This document shows positions 15,659 to 24,841 of a stretch of 56,721 nucleotides of DNA, piece after piece. The stretch spans positions 13,399-70,119 of the forward strand of contig CAZKOS010000003.1 in the NCBI GenBank assembly GCA_964554445.1, read 5' to 3'. Numbering within the stretch: position 1 is the first letter of the stretch; each line of letters opens with the position of its first letter. The position numbers and the translations under genes are program-made. Below the pieces are notes generated by a model. It was not told where the DNA came from. It saw only the letters and a list, made by a program, of their open reading frames with translations, and searched no databases. Origin of the DNA: an uncultured Spirochaetaceae bacterium. Lineage in GTDB: Bacteria; Spirochaetota; Spirochaetia; SZUA-6; RPPD01.

Positions 15659-16972
15659 CTACATTGAATAATCGAGCCCGATCCTCACTGCAAACGGTTT
15701 GTCGACGTCCGGTCGGTGGTTGAAAAGGGAAAGGTCGGCTTCGATCCAGACACGGTACCCTTTTTTCTTGAACGCCAGGCGGAACGCCGCCTCCTGCCGG
15801 TCGGCGCTGAAATATTCGCTCCAACAGGAACGTACTTCGAAATAACGCGCCTCGGCGGTGTAGCTGATTTCGGCGACATGTTCGGTTTCTCCGTCTTGGT
15901 TTTGAAACCGGTATTCGATTCCCAGGTGATGGCGGGAGGCGATCTCCGCCTTGACGGCCGCGTCGAATGAATTATCGGCGGCAATGGACGACGGCTCGCG
16001 GCGCTCCGCATGCGAGTACGCGGCGTCGAACGACAGCGCGAGCCGTTCGACCGGCTCGCAGGTGAGGCTGGCGGCGATTCCGAATACGATACGATCGGCA
16101 TTGGATTGTCCGTTTACTGGTCCCGTCGTGTCCCGCCTGAATCCGCCGTTCGCTTTCACGCTGATCCACTGTCGCGGCGAGTATCTGATGACGGCTCCGA
16201 CGCCGAGGCTTTCGCTCCCGTTTTCGTCGAGCGGGGAGAAATAATTCGCGGAACGATAGCGCGAGAGAAACGAAAGGCTGAAGGCGTCGGTTCGCACGGT
16301 CGTCTGAAACAGCGCGAACCAGCCGGGAAGACTCATTTCGCCGCCGGACAACCCGCCGCAGACGGCGGCGGCGAGAAACGGAAAATCGATGTCCATCTTC
16401 AGCGCCGCGTTGTGAAGCGTTGTCCCCTGGAAAGTCCGTTCCTCAAAAAACCATTCGCCGCCCCGGGTGACGGGCTCCTGGGCCGTCACCTGGTAGACGC
16501 ACTCGACGGAAAGGAACGAGAAAAGCGGCGCGCGGATGTCGATCCCGGATGTCTTTCGTTCATTCGATTCCTCGACCAAAAACAGGGTGAGGCGATCGGG
16601 ATAGGGAACGAAGGCGATCGAGGGGGCCTGTGCGTCGAAACCGCTTGTTTTCAGGGTGAACCCGGCCCGTTCGAAAAAAATCCGGCTGTCGGGCGCGCAG
16701 CGAAACGGGTCATTGATGACGCTCAGCAAGCCGTTTCGGTAAAACGAGCCGACGAGAAAAAACGGGCATTCCAGCCCCGCCGGAAACCTCGCCGTATCGT
16801 CAGTCACGATGAGCGCTTTCATGTCCCGATCGGAGACGACGGTGCGGAGGACGGGATCGCCCGTTCCGTCGCCGTACGTGTCGCAGTGAACGGAGTCGGG
16901 AAAAGCCCAAACGGCATTGATTGTCAGGACGAACGCGCACAGAATAAGATGAGAACTTTGTTTCATTTTCAT
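15659..16972 (-). CDS. exported protein, probable outer-membrane beta-barrel
   Basis: Signal peptide MKMKQSSHLILCAFVLTINAVWA. The C-terminal half shows alternating hydrophobic/polar strands (LGIEYRFQN, VAEISYTAE, AAFRLAFKK, YRVWIEADL, VRIGLDYSM). No family recognised. Confidence 0.55.
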   Translation of the reverse strand: MKMKQSSHLILCAFVLTINAVWAFPDSVHCDTYGDGTGDPVLRTVVSDRDMKALIVTDDTARFPAGLECPFFLVGSFYRNGLLSVINDPFRCAPDSRIFFERAGFTLKTSGFDAQAPSIAFVPYPDRLTLFLVEESNERKTSGIDIRAPLFSFLSVECVYQVTAQEPVTRGGEWFFEERTFQGTTLHNAALKMDIDFPFLAAAVCGGLSGGEMSLPGWFALFQTTVRTDAFSLSFLSRYRSANYFSPLDENGSESLGVGAVIRYSPRQWISVKANGGFRRDTTGPVNGQSNADRIVFGIAASLTCEPVERLALSFDAAYSHAERREPSSIAADNSFDAAVKAEIASRHHLGIEYRFQNQDGETEHVAEISYTAEARYFEVRSCWSEYFSADRQEAAFRLAFKKKGYRVWIEADLSLFNHRPDVDKPFAVRIGLDYSM

Positions 16973-17049
16973 ACGCGCTCATGAAGCAAGATGCATGCCG
17001 GGCAGGCGCTTCATGACGAGGAAAAATTAACGATTATTTACAAAAGAGC

Positions 17050-18387
17050 TCAGTGGGGAACCGCCAGGATCGATCTCAGTTTCGGATTCTTCTCGAGTTC
17101 CGAATTCAACCCTTCCTCCCGCATGGTGTTGCGGTAGTCGGGCCTCTGAAACGAGTAATTGAAGCCGGTGTGCACGTCATAGTGTCCCTCGATCAAGGCC
17201 ACCGTGTCTTCGGTCATTACCATTTCCTCATCCGTGGGGATGACGAATATCTTCACCGGCGAATCGTCGGCGGAGATGAGGGTTTCCGCGTTCCGGGTGC
17301 GGGAAAGCTCGTTTTTTTCGCGGTCGACGACGAATCCGAGGGAAGCGAGTCCTTCCAGGCAGCGGGCGCGGATGAGGGGATTCATTTCACCGACGCCGGC
17401 GGTGAAGACGAGCGCGTCGACTTTTCCCAGGGCGGCGGCGTAACTCCCGATGTATTTCTTGAGCCGGTACGCCTCGATCTCGATCGCCAGGCGCGCCTGT
17501 TCCTCCCCCCTCTCGGCGGCCGCCAAGACGTCGCGCCGGTCGATGTATTTTTCCGTGATGCCGAGGATCCCGCTTTTTTTATTGAGAATGTTTTCCACGG
17601 CGTTCGCCGGGAGCCCCGTCTTGTTCATGATGAAGAACGGAATGGCGGGGTCGATGTCGCCGGAGCGGGTGCCCATGACCAGGCCTTCCAGCGGCGTCAA
17701 GCCCATGGAGGTGTCGACGGAGACGCCGCCGGCCACCGCGTTGGCGCTCACCCCGTTGCCGATGTGAAGCAGGATCAGGTTCGTATCCTGCGGGTCTTTT
17801 CCCAAGAGTACGGCGGCGCGCTTCGCCACGTAGAGGAACGACGTGCCGTGGAAGCCGTATTTCCGTACGCGATAGGTACGGTACCACTCGAACGGCAGGG
17901 CGTAGATATAGGCGCGGGCCGGCATGGTCTGGTGCCAGGCCGTGTCCATGACGGCGCAATGAGGGATGTCCGGCAGAACGGACTGGGCCGCTTCGATCCC
18001 CATGATGTTGGCCGGGTTGTGGAGCGGGCTCAAGTCGCTGACTTCCCGGAAGATGGCGAGCACCGACGGATCGATGACGGTCGATTTGGAGAACCGGTCG
18101 GCCCCGTGCACCACCCGGTGCCCGACGGCCTTGATGACGGAAAGGTCGTCGATGGCGCCGTGTTCCGGATCCAGCAGAAACTTCGTCACGAGCTCGATCG
18201 CCTCGCGGTGCGTGGGACAGGGGACGTCCGCCTTCCGCTCGGCCTTGCCCAGCGTTTCGTGCTTGATGAACGAATCTTTCGTGTTCACCCGCTCGACGAC
18301 GCCGCGGGCGATGACGAGTTTTTTCCGCCAGTCGTACAATTGATATTTTACCGAAGAACTGCCGCAGTTGAGCGTCAGAATGACCAT
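17050..18387 (-). CDS. ackA: acetate kinase (with ~45-aa C-terminal extension)
   Basis: [35 protein letters not shown]-like [17 protein letters not shown], and [10 protein letters not shown]. 445 aa versus ~400 typical. Confidence 0.95.
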   Translation of the reverse strand: MVILTLNCGSSSVKYQLYDWRKKLVIARGVVERVNTKDSFIKHETLGKAERKADVPCPTHREAIELVTKFLLDPEHGAIDDLSVIKAVGHRVVHGADRFSKSTVIDPSVLAIFREVSDLSPLHNPANIMGIEAAQSVLPDIPHCAVMDTAWHQTMPARAYIYALPFEWYRTYRVRKYGFHGTSFLYVAKRAAVLLGKDPQDTNLILLHIGNGVSANAVAGGVSVDTSMGLTPLEGLVMGTRSGDIDPAIPFFIMNKTGLPANAVENILNKKSGILGITEKYIDRRDVLAAAERGEEQARLAIEIEAYRLKKYIGSYAAALGKVDALVFTAGVGEMNPLIRARCLEGLASLGFVVDREKNELSRTRNAETLISADDSPVKIFVIPTDEEMVMTEDTVALIEGHYDVHTGFNYSFQRPDYRNTMREEGLNSELEKNPKLRSILAVPH

Positions 18388-18424
18388 GATGATTTCTCCC
18401 CTCGGCCGCTCTTTCCTGTCGGCG

Positions 18425-19663
18425 TCATTGTTTCCCCAGCAGTTTCGTGATGATGTCGCGATTGTCCAGGAGCGGGCTTAACGACTGGTTGAAACAAAGC
18501 CGGAAAATGGTTTTGGCGAACAGGCGCGACACGTTGGCCGAAATATACCACTCCCGGCCGTGAAGGTTGGCGTCATGATACACCGCGTTCGTCCCGATGA
18601 TGCGGTAAAAAAGGCCCTCCCGAAAGGCCCGGTCGAAGTGCTCGATCGCGCCGCCCGTGAAAAACGGCAGGCTGACCGCGCAGACCGTCTTTTCGGCGCC
18701 CCGCTCCTTCAGGGATCTGAGCGCCACCATCATGGTTCCGCCGCTGCCCAGGATGTCGTCGCTCATGAAGACGATTTTATCCTTCACCGATCCCAGAAGG
18801 TTCACCCCCGCGATGTTGTGCTCCAGCGCGCTCCTCGTGATTTTGGAGTAATCGCGCTCCTTGTACAGCATGGCGAGCGGACGGTTGAGGGCGGTCGCGT
18901 AGAATTTGTTCCGGTCCACCGAGCCGGTGTCGGGGGAGACGATGACGAGGTTCTCGTTCTTCAGGCTGACGATCGTCGCCAGGGAGCGCAGGATCTGGTA
19001 CGAGGCGTGCAGGTTTTCGAGGCGCAGGCGGTTGAAGCAATTCTCTATCTCCCGGGAATGAATGTCGAGGGTGATGATCCTCGCGACGCCCATGTATTCG
19101 AGGGTCTGGCCGATCCGGGCCGCGGTCAACCCTTCCCTCCCCCGCTTTTTGTGCTGGCGGGAATACGGATAGGTGGGCAAAACGACCGTCACCCGCTCGG
19201 CGCCGGCCTGGAGAATCGCGTCGACGGTCGTAAACAGGCAGAAGATGTGGTCGTTGACGTTCAGCACCTGGGGCGCAGCCGAGCCGTGGAAGGAGATCGG
19301 ATATTGATTGGAAACGTCCTGGATGACGTAAATGTCCTTGCCGCGCACGCTGCTTTCCACGGCCGTCTTGAACTCGCCGTTGGCGAACCGGGTGAACCGG
19401 GCATTGACGCGGAAATCGGGGCGAAGCGACGAGACATTGGCGGCGAAGGCGCCGTTCGTCTGAATCGAGCTGAGATCGTTTTGGAAGGAGAGCTTCTTCA
19501 GGAGATCGCTCGACGTCGCTGAATATTTCTTCTTGAGCGAATGAAGGTGAAACCTGGTTTTTTTCGTCGTGATTGATTTGAGGTGAAGAATGATTTCTTC
19601 GGCGAACTGCGTACCGCCCGGACAGGCGCAAATCCCGATATCCTGAAGGTTAAATCTGCTCAT
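18425..19663 (-). CDS. prs: ribose-phosphate diphosphokinase family protein (long form)
   Basis: [42 protein letters not shown], and the PRPP-binding loop [13 protein letters not shown]. 412 aa versus ~315 typical. Confidence 0.8.
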   Translation of the reverse strand: MSRFNLQDIGICACPGGTQFAEEIILHLKSITTKKTRFHLHSLKKKYSATSSDLLKKLSFQNDLSSIQTNGAFAANVSSLRPDFRVNARFTRFANGEFKTAVESSVRGKDIYVIQDVSNQYPISFHGSAAPQVLNVNDHIFCLFTTVDAILQAGAERVTVVLPTYPYSRQHKKRGREGLTAARIGQTLEYMGVARIITLDIHSREIENCFNRLRLENLHASYQILRSLATIVSLKNENLVIVSPDTGSVDRNKFYATALNRPLAMLYKERDYSKITRSALEHNIAGVNLLGSVKDKIVFMSDDILGSGGTMMVALRSLKERGAEKTVCAVSLPFFTGGAIEHFDRAFREGLFYRIIGTNAVYHDANLHGREWYISANVSRLFAKTIFRLCFNQSLSPLLDNRDIITKLLGKQ

Positions 19664-19823
19664 CGATAGTCACTCAAACGATCGTCTTCGGCCTTTGCCC
19701 GCGGCATATGAAGCAAGTTTCTTGGGTCCCGCCGGCATTCGGTTTTCACGGTGAAAACGAAGGCGGGAGGTGCGGCGAAGCGGCTGTCGATCCGGAAAAC
19801 CGTTTACGACATGCTGCGAATAT

Positions 19824-19853
19824 AACATACCATTCCGATGCCTGAAGCGTCAA
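19824..19853 (-). promoter_or_regulatory. candidate promoter for the prs-like gene
   Basis: - strand TTGACG (19853-19848), 18-nt spacer, TATGTT (19829-19824). Would give a ~160-nt GC-rich leader. Confidence 0.3.
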
Positions 19854-19890
19854 CATTTTGACGGTGTTTCATGAGAAAAAAGTGAATCCA

Positions 19891-19917
19891 TTGACAAAAA
19901 AATTCTCATAGTATAAT
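19891..19917 (+). promoter_or_regulatory. candidate sigma70-type promoter of argG-argH
   Basis: TTGACA (19891-19896) and TATAAT (19912-19917) with a short 15-nt spacer. Alternative -10 TAATGT gives a 17-nt spacer. Lies about 40 nt upstream of the argG ATG. Confidence 0.4.
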
Positions 19918-19956
19918 GTAATCATTCTTTCAAGATTATCACGAAGAGGAAATGCC

Positions 19957-21210
19957 ATGGAAATTTCGATCAAAGACGTTCTGGCTAAAATCGAATCGAC
20001 GCCCATCCCGAAGGTCAATAAATGCGCCATCGCGTTTTCGGGCGGCTTGGACAGCACGCTCGGAATCGAGATGCTGCGCCGCGTATACAAGGTGAAGGAA
20101 ATCGTGGCGATCAACGTCGACGTCGGTCAGGGCGCGGAAGAGATCGAGATGGGAAAAGACCGGGCCAAACAGCTCAACCTCACTCCCGTCGTCATCGACG
20201 CCAAGGACGAATTCACCGAAGTCTGGCTCAAGAAGGCGATCTGGGCCAATTCCGATTATAACGGCTATCCCGTCTCCACGTCGATGACGCGCCAGCTCAT
20301 CGCGCGCATCGTGGCGCAAAAGGCCCGCGAGCTCGGGTGCGACAGCATTCTGGAAGGATCGACCGGACGCGGCAATGACCAGTACCGGATGCACAATGTA
20401 TTCAAGTATTTCGCCCCCGAGCTGGAAGTGCTCGTCCCGGTGCGGGATTTCGACCTGACGCGCGGGCACGAGCTCGAGCTCTGCAAGCATTGGGGCGTCC
20501 CGGTCGACGAGTTCATCGTCGGCGGCGACGACAAGACCATGTGGTGCCGTTCCATCGCCTCGGGAGCGATCGACCTGAATCAGGCCATTCCCGACGACAT
20601 CTGGATGTGGTACGTCACGCCGGAGAAGGCGCCCGACAAGCCCGAGTTCCTCGAGTTCACGTTCGAGGAGGGAGTGCTCACCGCCGTCGACGGGAAAAAG
20701 ATGAAGCTCGCCGAGAGCGTGCCGCTCGTCAACAAAGTCGCCGGGCGGAACGGCATCGGCCTGATCGACATTTTCGAGGACGGCATCATGGACCTGAAGA
20801 GCCGCGAAATCTACGAGGCGCCGGCCGCCCACGTCATCCTCGCCGTCAAGCGCGACCTGGAGGGGGCCTGCCTTTCCAAGGAGGAACGGCAATTCAAGAA
20901 GATGGTCGACGCCCGTTGGGCCTACATGGTCTATCACGGCGAATGGTTCCATCCCCTCAAGGACGACCTGGACGCGTTCATCGAGCAAAGCCAGAAAAAG
21001 GTGTTCGGCGTGACCAAGGTCAAACTCTACAAGGGCTCCATGACGATCCAGGAACGGAACCGGCCGCATACCTCCCTTTTCTATCCTGAAATTCGATCGA
21101 TAAAATCGGCTGGGTTCGATCAGCGCTGGTGCGCCAATGCGGCCAAGATCCGCGGCCTCCCCTTCGAGATCCTGGCGAAGCGGAACGAGAAAATTGAAAA
21201 GGGGAAATAG
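19957..21210 (+). CDS. argG: argininosuccinate synthase
   Basis: AFSGGLDST ATP-binding motif, plus GSTGRGNDQYR (GCTGKGNDQVRF-type) and SREIYEAPAA. 417 aa. Confidence 0.95.
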   Translation: MEISIKDVLAKIESTPIPKVNKCAIAFSGGLDSTLGIEMLRRVYKVKEIVAINVDVGQGAEEIEMGKDRAKQLNLTPVVIDAKDEFTEVWLKKAIWANSDYNGYPVSTSMTRQLIARIVAQKARELGCDSILEGSTGRGNDQYRMHNVFKYFAPELEVLVPVRDFDLTRGHELELCKHWGVPVDEFIVGGDDKTMWCRSIASGAIDLNQAIPDDIWMWYVTPEKAPDKPEFLEFTFEEGVLTAVDGKKMKLAESVPLVNKVAGRNGIGLIDIFEDGIMDLKSREIYEAPAAHVILAVKRDLEGACLSKEERQFKKMVDARWAYMVYHGEWFHPLKDDLDAFIEQSQKKVFGVTKVKLYKGSMTIQERNRPHTSLFYPEIRSIKSAGFDQRWCANAAKIRGLPFEILAKRNEKIEKGK

Positions 21211-21215
21211 GCGAC

Positions 21216-22589
21216 GTGTCGAAACTCTGGCACAAAGACTACGATCTCAATGAGCTGGTGGAAAAATTCACGGTGGGAGAGGATTATCTCCTCGACCGCC
21301 GCCTGATCGTATCGGATTGCGTCGCCTCGGCGGCGCACGCCGCCATGCTCGGGTCCATCGGCATCCTGTCCGGCGGGGAGGTGCAGGACCTCACCCGCGA
21401 GCTCGTCGCCCTCATCGGCCTGTTCCGCGGGGGAAAGTTCGGGATCGCGCGATCGGACGAGGACTGCCACACCGCCATAGAGAATTTTCTCACGGAAAAA
21501 CTCGGCGACGCCGGGAAAAAGATCCACACCGGCCGCTCGCGAAACGACCAGGTGATCGCCGCCCTGCGCCTGTTCACGCGCGATTACCTCTTTTCCTTCA
21601 TGGAAAGCCTGCTCGCGCTCGCGCGCGGGCTCGTGCGGTTCGCCGCGGCGCACGAGCTCGTGCCCATGCCCGGCCGCACGCACATGCAGATCGCGATGCC
21701 CTCCTCCGTGGGCCTGTGGGCCGGCGCCTACGCCGAGGAGCTCACCGACGACGCCGCTCTGGTCGAAACCGCCTTCCGTCTCAATGACTCATGCCCCCTC
21801 GGCTCGGCCGCCAGTTACGGCGTGCCGCTGCCGATCGACCGCGAGCTCGTCGCCCGCCTGCTCGGGTTCGGCTCGCTGCAGAACAATGTGCTGTACGTGA
21901 ACAACTCGCGCGGCAAAATCGAAGCGATCGTTCTGGAAGCGGCCGAGCACGTGGTCCTCACGCTGAGCAAGATGGCGCAGGACCTGATCCTGTTCTCGAT
22001 GCCGGAATTCGGATATTTCACCATTCCGGCCGAGCTCTGCTCGGGGTCGAGCATCATGCCGCAGAAGAAAAATCCCTGCGGGCTCGAGCTCGTGCGCGCC
22101 AAGGCGGCGACCGTGTCCGCCTCCCTTTCCGGCGTGAAGAGCATCATCAAGGCGCTCCCGTCCGGCTACAACCGTGATTTTCAGGAGACGAAAGGCCATT
22201 TCATGCGGGGGTGCCTCACCGCCCTCGAATGCGTCCGGGTGATGGAATTGACGATCAATAAGTTGCAGGTAAACCCCGACCGTCTGGCGCGGGGATTCAT
22301 ACCCGAAATTTACGCCACGGACCGGGCGCTCGAGCTGGTGAAGGACGGGATGCCGTTCCGGGAAGCCTATCGCGAGGTGGGATTGCATCTCGACCTGCTC
22401 CAAAACCGCGATCCGGTCGAAGCGCTCAAGGCCAAAAAACACACGGGCGCCACGGGCAATCTGATGCTTGACAAGACGGAAAAGGCGATCGCGGAATACG
22501 AGGCCGACTTTCAGGCCAAACGGAAACGCGTGGACGACGCCTATACCTCACTGCTCGGCGCGCGGCCGCCGCTCTTTTCGAGCGACTGA
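21216..22589 (+). CDS. argH: argininosuccinate lyase
   Basis: HTGRSRNDQV, the fumarate-lyase signature GSSIMPQKKNPCGLELVR, and MPGRTHMQIAMP. GTG start 5 nt after the argG stop. Confidence 0.95.
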   Translation: MSKLWHKDYDLNELVEKFTVGEDYLLDRRLIVSDCVASAAHAAMLGSIGILSGGEVQDLTRELVALIGLFRGGKFGIARSDEDCHTAIENFLTEKLGDAGKKIHTGRSRNDQVIAALRLFTRDYLFSFMESLLALARGLVRFAAAHELVPMPGRTHMQIAMPSSVGLWAGAYAEELTDDAALVETAFRLNDSCPLGSAASYGVPLPIDRELVARLLGFGSLQNNVLYVNNSRGKIEAIVLEAAEHVVLTLSKMAQDLILFSMPEFGYFTIPAELCSGSSIMPQKKNPCGLELVRAKAATVSASLSGVKSIIKALPSGYNRDFQETKGHFMRGCLTALECVRVMELTINKLQVNPDRLARGFIPEIYATDRALELVKDGMPFREAYREVGLHLDLLQNRDPVEALKAKKHTGATGNLMLDKTEKAIAEYEADFQAKRKRVDDAYTSLLGARPPLFSSD

Positions 22590-22859
22590 CCGTTTCCTTT
22601 TTCGCTCGCCCCTTTTTCGAAAATTCCCAATCAGGGCCAGCTTTTCCCGACGCGTCAAACGCTTGATTCGGTATTCCCTTCGATACGCGGCCGGCAGGTC
22701 GCGGCAGCGTTCCCAATAGACGAGCCTGACGGGCAGGCGGGAACGGGTGTATTTCGAGGCTTTGCCCGCCTGGTGGAGGCGCAACCGGGAATCGAGGTCA
22801 AGGGCGCCGCCGGTGTACAGCGTGCCGTCGGCGCAGCGGAGGATGTAGACGAAGGCCAT
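22548..22859 (-). CDS. GIY-YIG domain protein (UPF0213-like) with basic C-terminal tail
   Basis: FVYILRCADGTLYTGGALDLDSRLRLHQ (GIY...YTG...R), then WERCRD...REYRIKRL. The last 14 codons overlap the 3' end of argH on the opposite strand. Confidence 0.7.
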   Translation of the reverse strand: MAFVYILRCADGTLYTGGALDLDSRLRLHQAGKASKYTRSRLPVRLVYWERCRDLPAAYRREYRIKRLTRREKLALIGNFRKRGERKRKRSVARKERRPRAEQ

Positions 22860-22871
22860 CGTCGAGGCGGG

Positions 22872-23135
22872 TTACTCTTTCTTCTTCCCGTTCGGCGGGG
22901 TCGCCGGATTATCCGAAAAAAGCGTGCCCAGGCCGGCGATGGCGTCGGGATTCGCCTTCACGGCTTCGATGTTCTCTTCCTGGATGGCGACGTACACTTC
23001 CTTCCGGTAGACCTTCACGTTTTTCGGGGCGTTGATGCCGAGCTTGATCTGATCGCCCTTGATGTCGACGATCGAAATCTCGATCTGGTCGCCGATCATG
23101 ATGCTCTCGTTGATTTTTCTGGAAAGAATCAACAT
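22872..23135 (-). CDS. csrA: carbon storage regulator CsrA (FliW-partnered, long C-terminus)
   Basis: [48 protein letters not shown] is canonical CsrA. 87 aa with an extended C-terminus. Confidence 0.95.
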   Translation of the reverse strand: MLILSRKINESIMIGDQIEISIVDIKGDQIKLGINAPKNVKVYRKEVYVAIQEENIEAVKANPDAIAGLGTLFSDNPATPPNGKKKE

Positions 23136-23139
23136 GCTT

Positions 23140-23589
23140 CTAGCTCGCTCCCTGCCGCAACGCCGCGAGCTCTTCCATGATGAAATGCCGAACCTTCCAG
23201 CGTGCGTCGTTGTTGATCGATTGCCGGCCCACCCGGCTCTTCCGGTTGATGATGACCGGCCCCTGCAGGTTGGCGGTCATGCGCTCCGCGTTTTCCGGGA
23301 TGGTGACGATGGCGAAGATGAGCATGTCGACCGCTTCCGTGACTCCTATTTCCTCGAGCTCGTCCTGGTTCACGCTGAGCGCGTAGTCGGTGCGGAAAAG
23401 TTGCGGGTCGATGAGCACGAAGGCGATTTCGACGACGTCGATCGATTGCAGCCAATAAAACGGTTTCTGGGGGGCGTCGAGCAGGACGTATTCCTGCAAT
23501 TTCTCGAATCCGAGGATGCCGTGGGGAAAGAAAATCTTCTGCCTCTCGTCGACATCGATCGGGCCGTAGGCCTTGGTGTTGACTCTCAT
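23140..23589 (-). CDS. fliW: flagellar assembly factor FliW
   Basis: [27 protein letters not shown] and FVLIDP motifs. Located directly upstream of csrA. Confidence 0.9.
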   Translation of the reverse strand: MRVNTKAYGPIDVDERQKIFFPHGILGFEKLQEYVLLDAPQKPFYWLQSIDVVEIAFVLIDPQLFRTDYALSVNQDELEEIGVTEAVDMLIFAIVTIPENAERMTANLQGPVIINRKSRVGRQSINNDARWKVRHFIMEELAALRQGAS

Positions 23590-23593
23590 CGTT

Positions 23594-24838
23594 TTACCTC
23601 AGGAAATCGAGCAGGGTCGGCGGGAGAATCCGGGCCGCCGTGGAGAGCGCCGCCTGATGGGTATACTCGAGCATTTTCAGGTCGGTGGCCGCCTGCGCCA
23701 GGTCGAGATCCACCTCGTTCGAATTTTTTTCGGTGATGAGCGGTATTTCGTACTCCAACCGTTTGCCCGTGCCCTCGATCCGGTTGTTCACGGCCCCGAT
23801 CTCCGCCAGATGCGAGGTGAGCGTCTGGATCGAATCGTCAAGCCCGCCGAGGGCCCGGTTGACTCCGTCGGTATTGCCGCCGTACAGGCTGTCGCGGAGG
23901 GACATGACGGCGTCGAAAACCGACCCGCCGTACACGTTCGCGGACGACGCGTACGCGTTGCCGAGCTGGTTCGCCCCGCCGCGGATGAGACCGAGGTCCT
24001 GCAGCACGGCCGCGCCGCCCGTGTCCTCGAGCCACAGCTGGTGCGGCGTGGTGGTCTGCAGGACGAGAGAATCCTTGACCGGATCCAGGCTCGCCTTCAC
24101 GGCCACCGGCGCGTCATTGATCTTGCTGATGACCGCGTAAATATTGTCGCCCGCCTTCAGGGGGATGTCGACCCCGTCGATGCGGATCGTCGAATTCGCC
24201 TGCACCTGGTAACTGCGCGCGTCGAGCGCCGAATAAACGGACTGGTTCTCCGCCCAGAACACGTAGTTGCCGGGAATGTTCATCTCGGCCAGGCTGTCCT
24301 CGGAGACTTCGACCACGTTCCGGCCGATGTCGCCCCGGTACTGCACGTCAACGATATGGTTGCGCTCGCCGCCTTCCACCTTGCCGCGCAGAATGCGGAA
24401 CGGCTCGGTTTTCGACTCGAAGCCTCCGAACAGGGCGTTACCCAGCCCGTTCCGCGAGTTGGCCAGAGATACGAGCTCTTCCAGGAGCTCGTCGACTTCC
24501 TTGCCCATGTCCGCCATGTCGGACTTGGTGTAAACGCCGTTGGCGCCCTGAACCGCGAGCTCGCGAACGCGCTGCAGACGGTCGACGGTGTCGCGGACCT
24601 TCACCTCGGCGTCGGACAGACCGGCCTTGACGTCGTCGATGTTCCGTGAATACCGCTCCAGGCGCACCAGCTTGGATTGATAGCGCGTCGAGTGCGCCGC
24701 GGCGATCGGATCGTCGCGCAGGTCCTTGATTTTCGACTGCATGGACATTTTGTTCTGCAGTTCATTGAGCTGCCACTCGCGCATCATCATGTGATACTGC
24801 GCGTCGAGGCGGGACATGTTGGAGCTCACGCGATTCAT
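23594..24838 (-). CDS. flgL: flagellar hook-associated protein 3
   Basis: Flagellin-like N-terminus (RVSSNM...KIKDLRDDPIAAA) and C-terminus (DLAQAATDLKMLEYTHQAALSTAARILPPTLLDFL). Follows flgK. Confidence 0.85.
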   Translation of the reverse strand: MNRVSSNMSRLDAQYHMMMREWQLNELQNKMSMQSKIKDLRDDPIAAAHSTRYQSKLVRLERYSRNIDDVKAGLSDAEVKVRDTVDRLQRVRELAVQGANGVYTKSDMADMGKEVDELLEELVSLANSRNGLGNALFGGFESKTEPFRILRGKVEGGERNHIVDVQYRGDIGRNVVEVSEDSLAEMNIPGNYVFWAENQSVYSALDARSYQVQANSTIRIDGVDIPLKAGDNIYAVISKINDAPVAVKASLDPVKDSLVLQTTTPHQLWLEDTGGAAVLQDLGLIRGGANQLGNAYASSANVYGGSVFDAVMSLRDSLYGGNTDGVNRALGGLDDSIQTLTSHLAEIGAVNNRIEGTGKRLEYEIPLITEKNSNEVDLDLAQAATDLKMLEYTHQAALSTAARILPPTLLDFLR

Positions 24839-24841
24839 GGT

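Noticed and set aside
16981-16990. The shared 10-mer atgaagcaag at 16981 and 19717 as a dispersed repeat element.
   Set aside because: Many exact 10-mer coincidences are expected by chance in 56.7 kb on two strands, and the similarity does not extend beyond the 10-mer.
22548-22859. The GIY-YIG gene as a homing endonuclease or mobile element.
   Set aside because: It is only about 80 aa of catalytic domain plus a basic tail. It has no DNA-binding modules typical of homing enzymes, no intron or intein host, and no flanking repeats.
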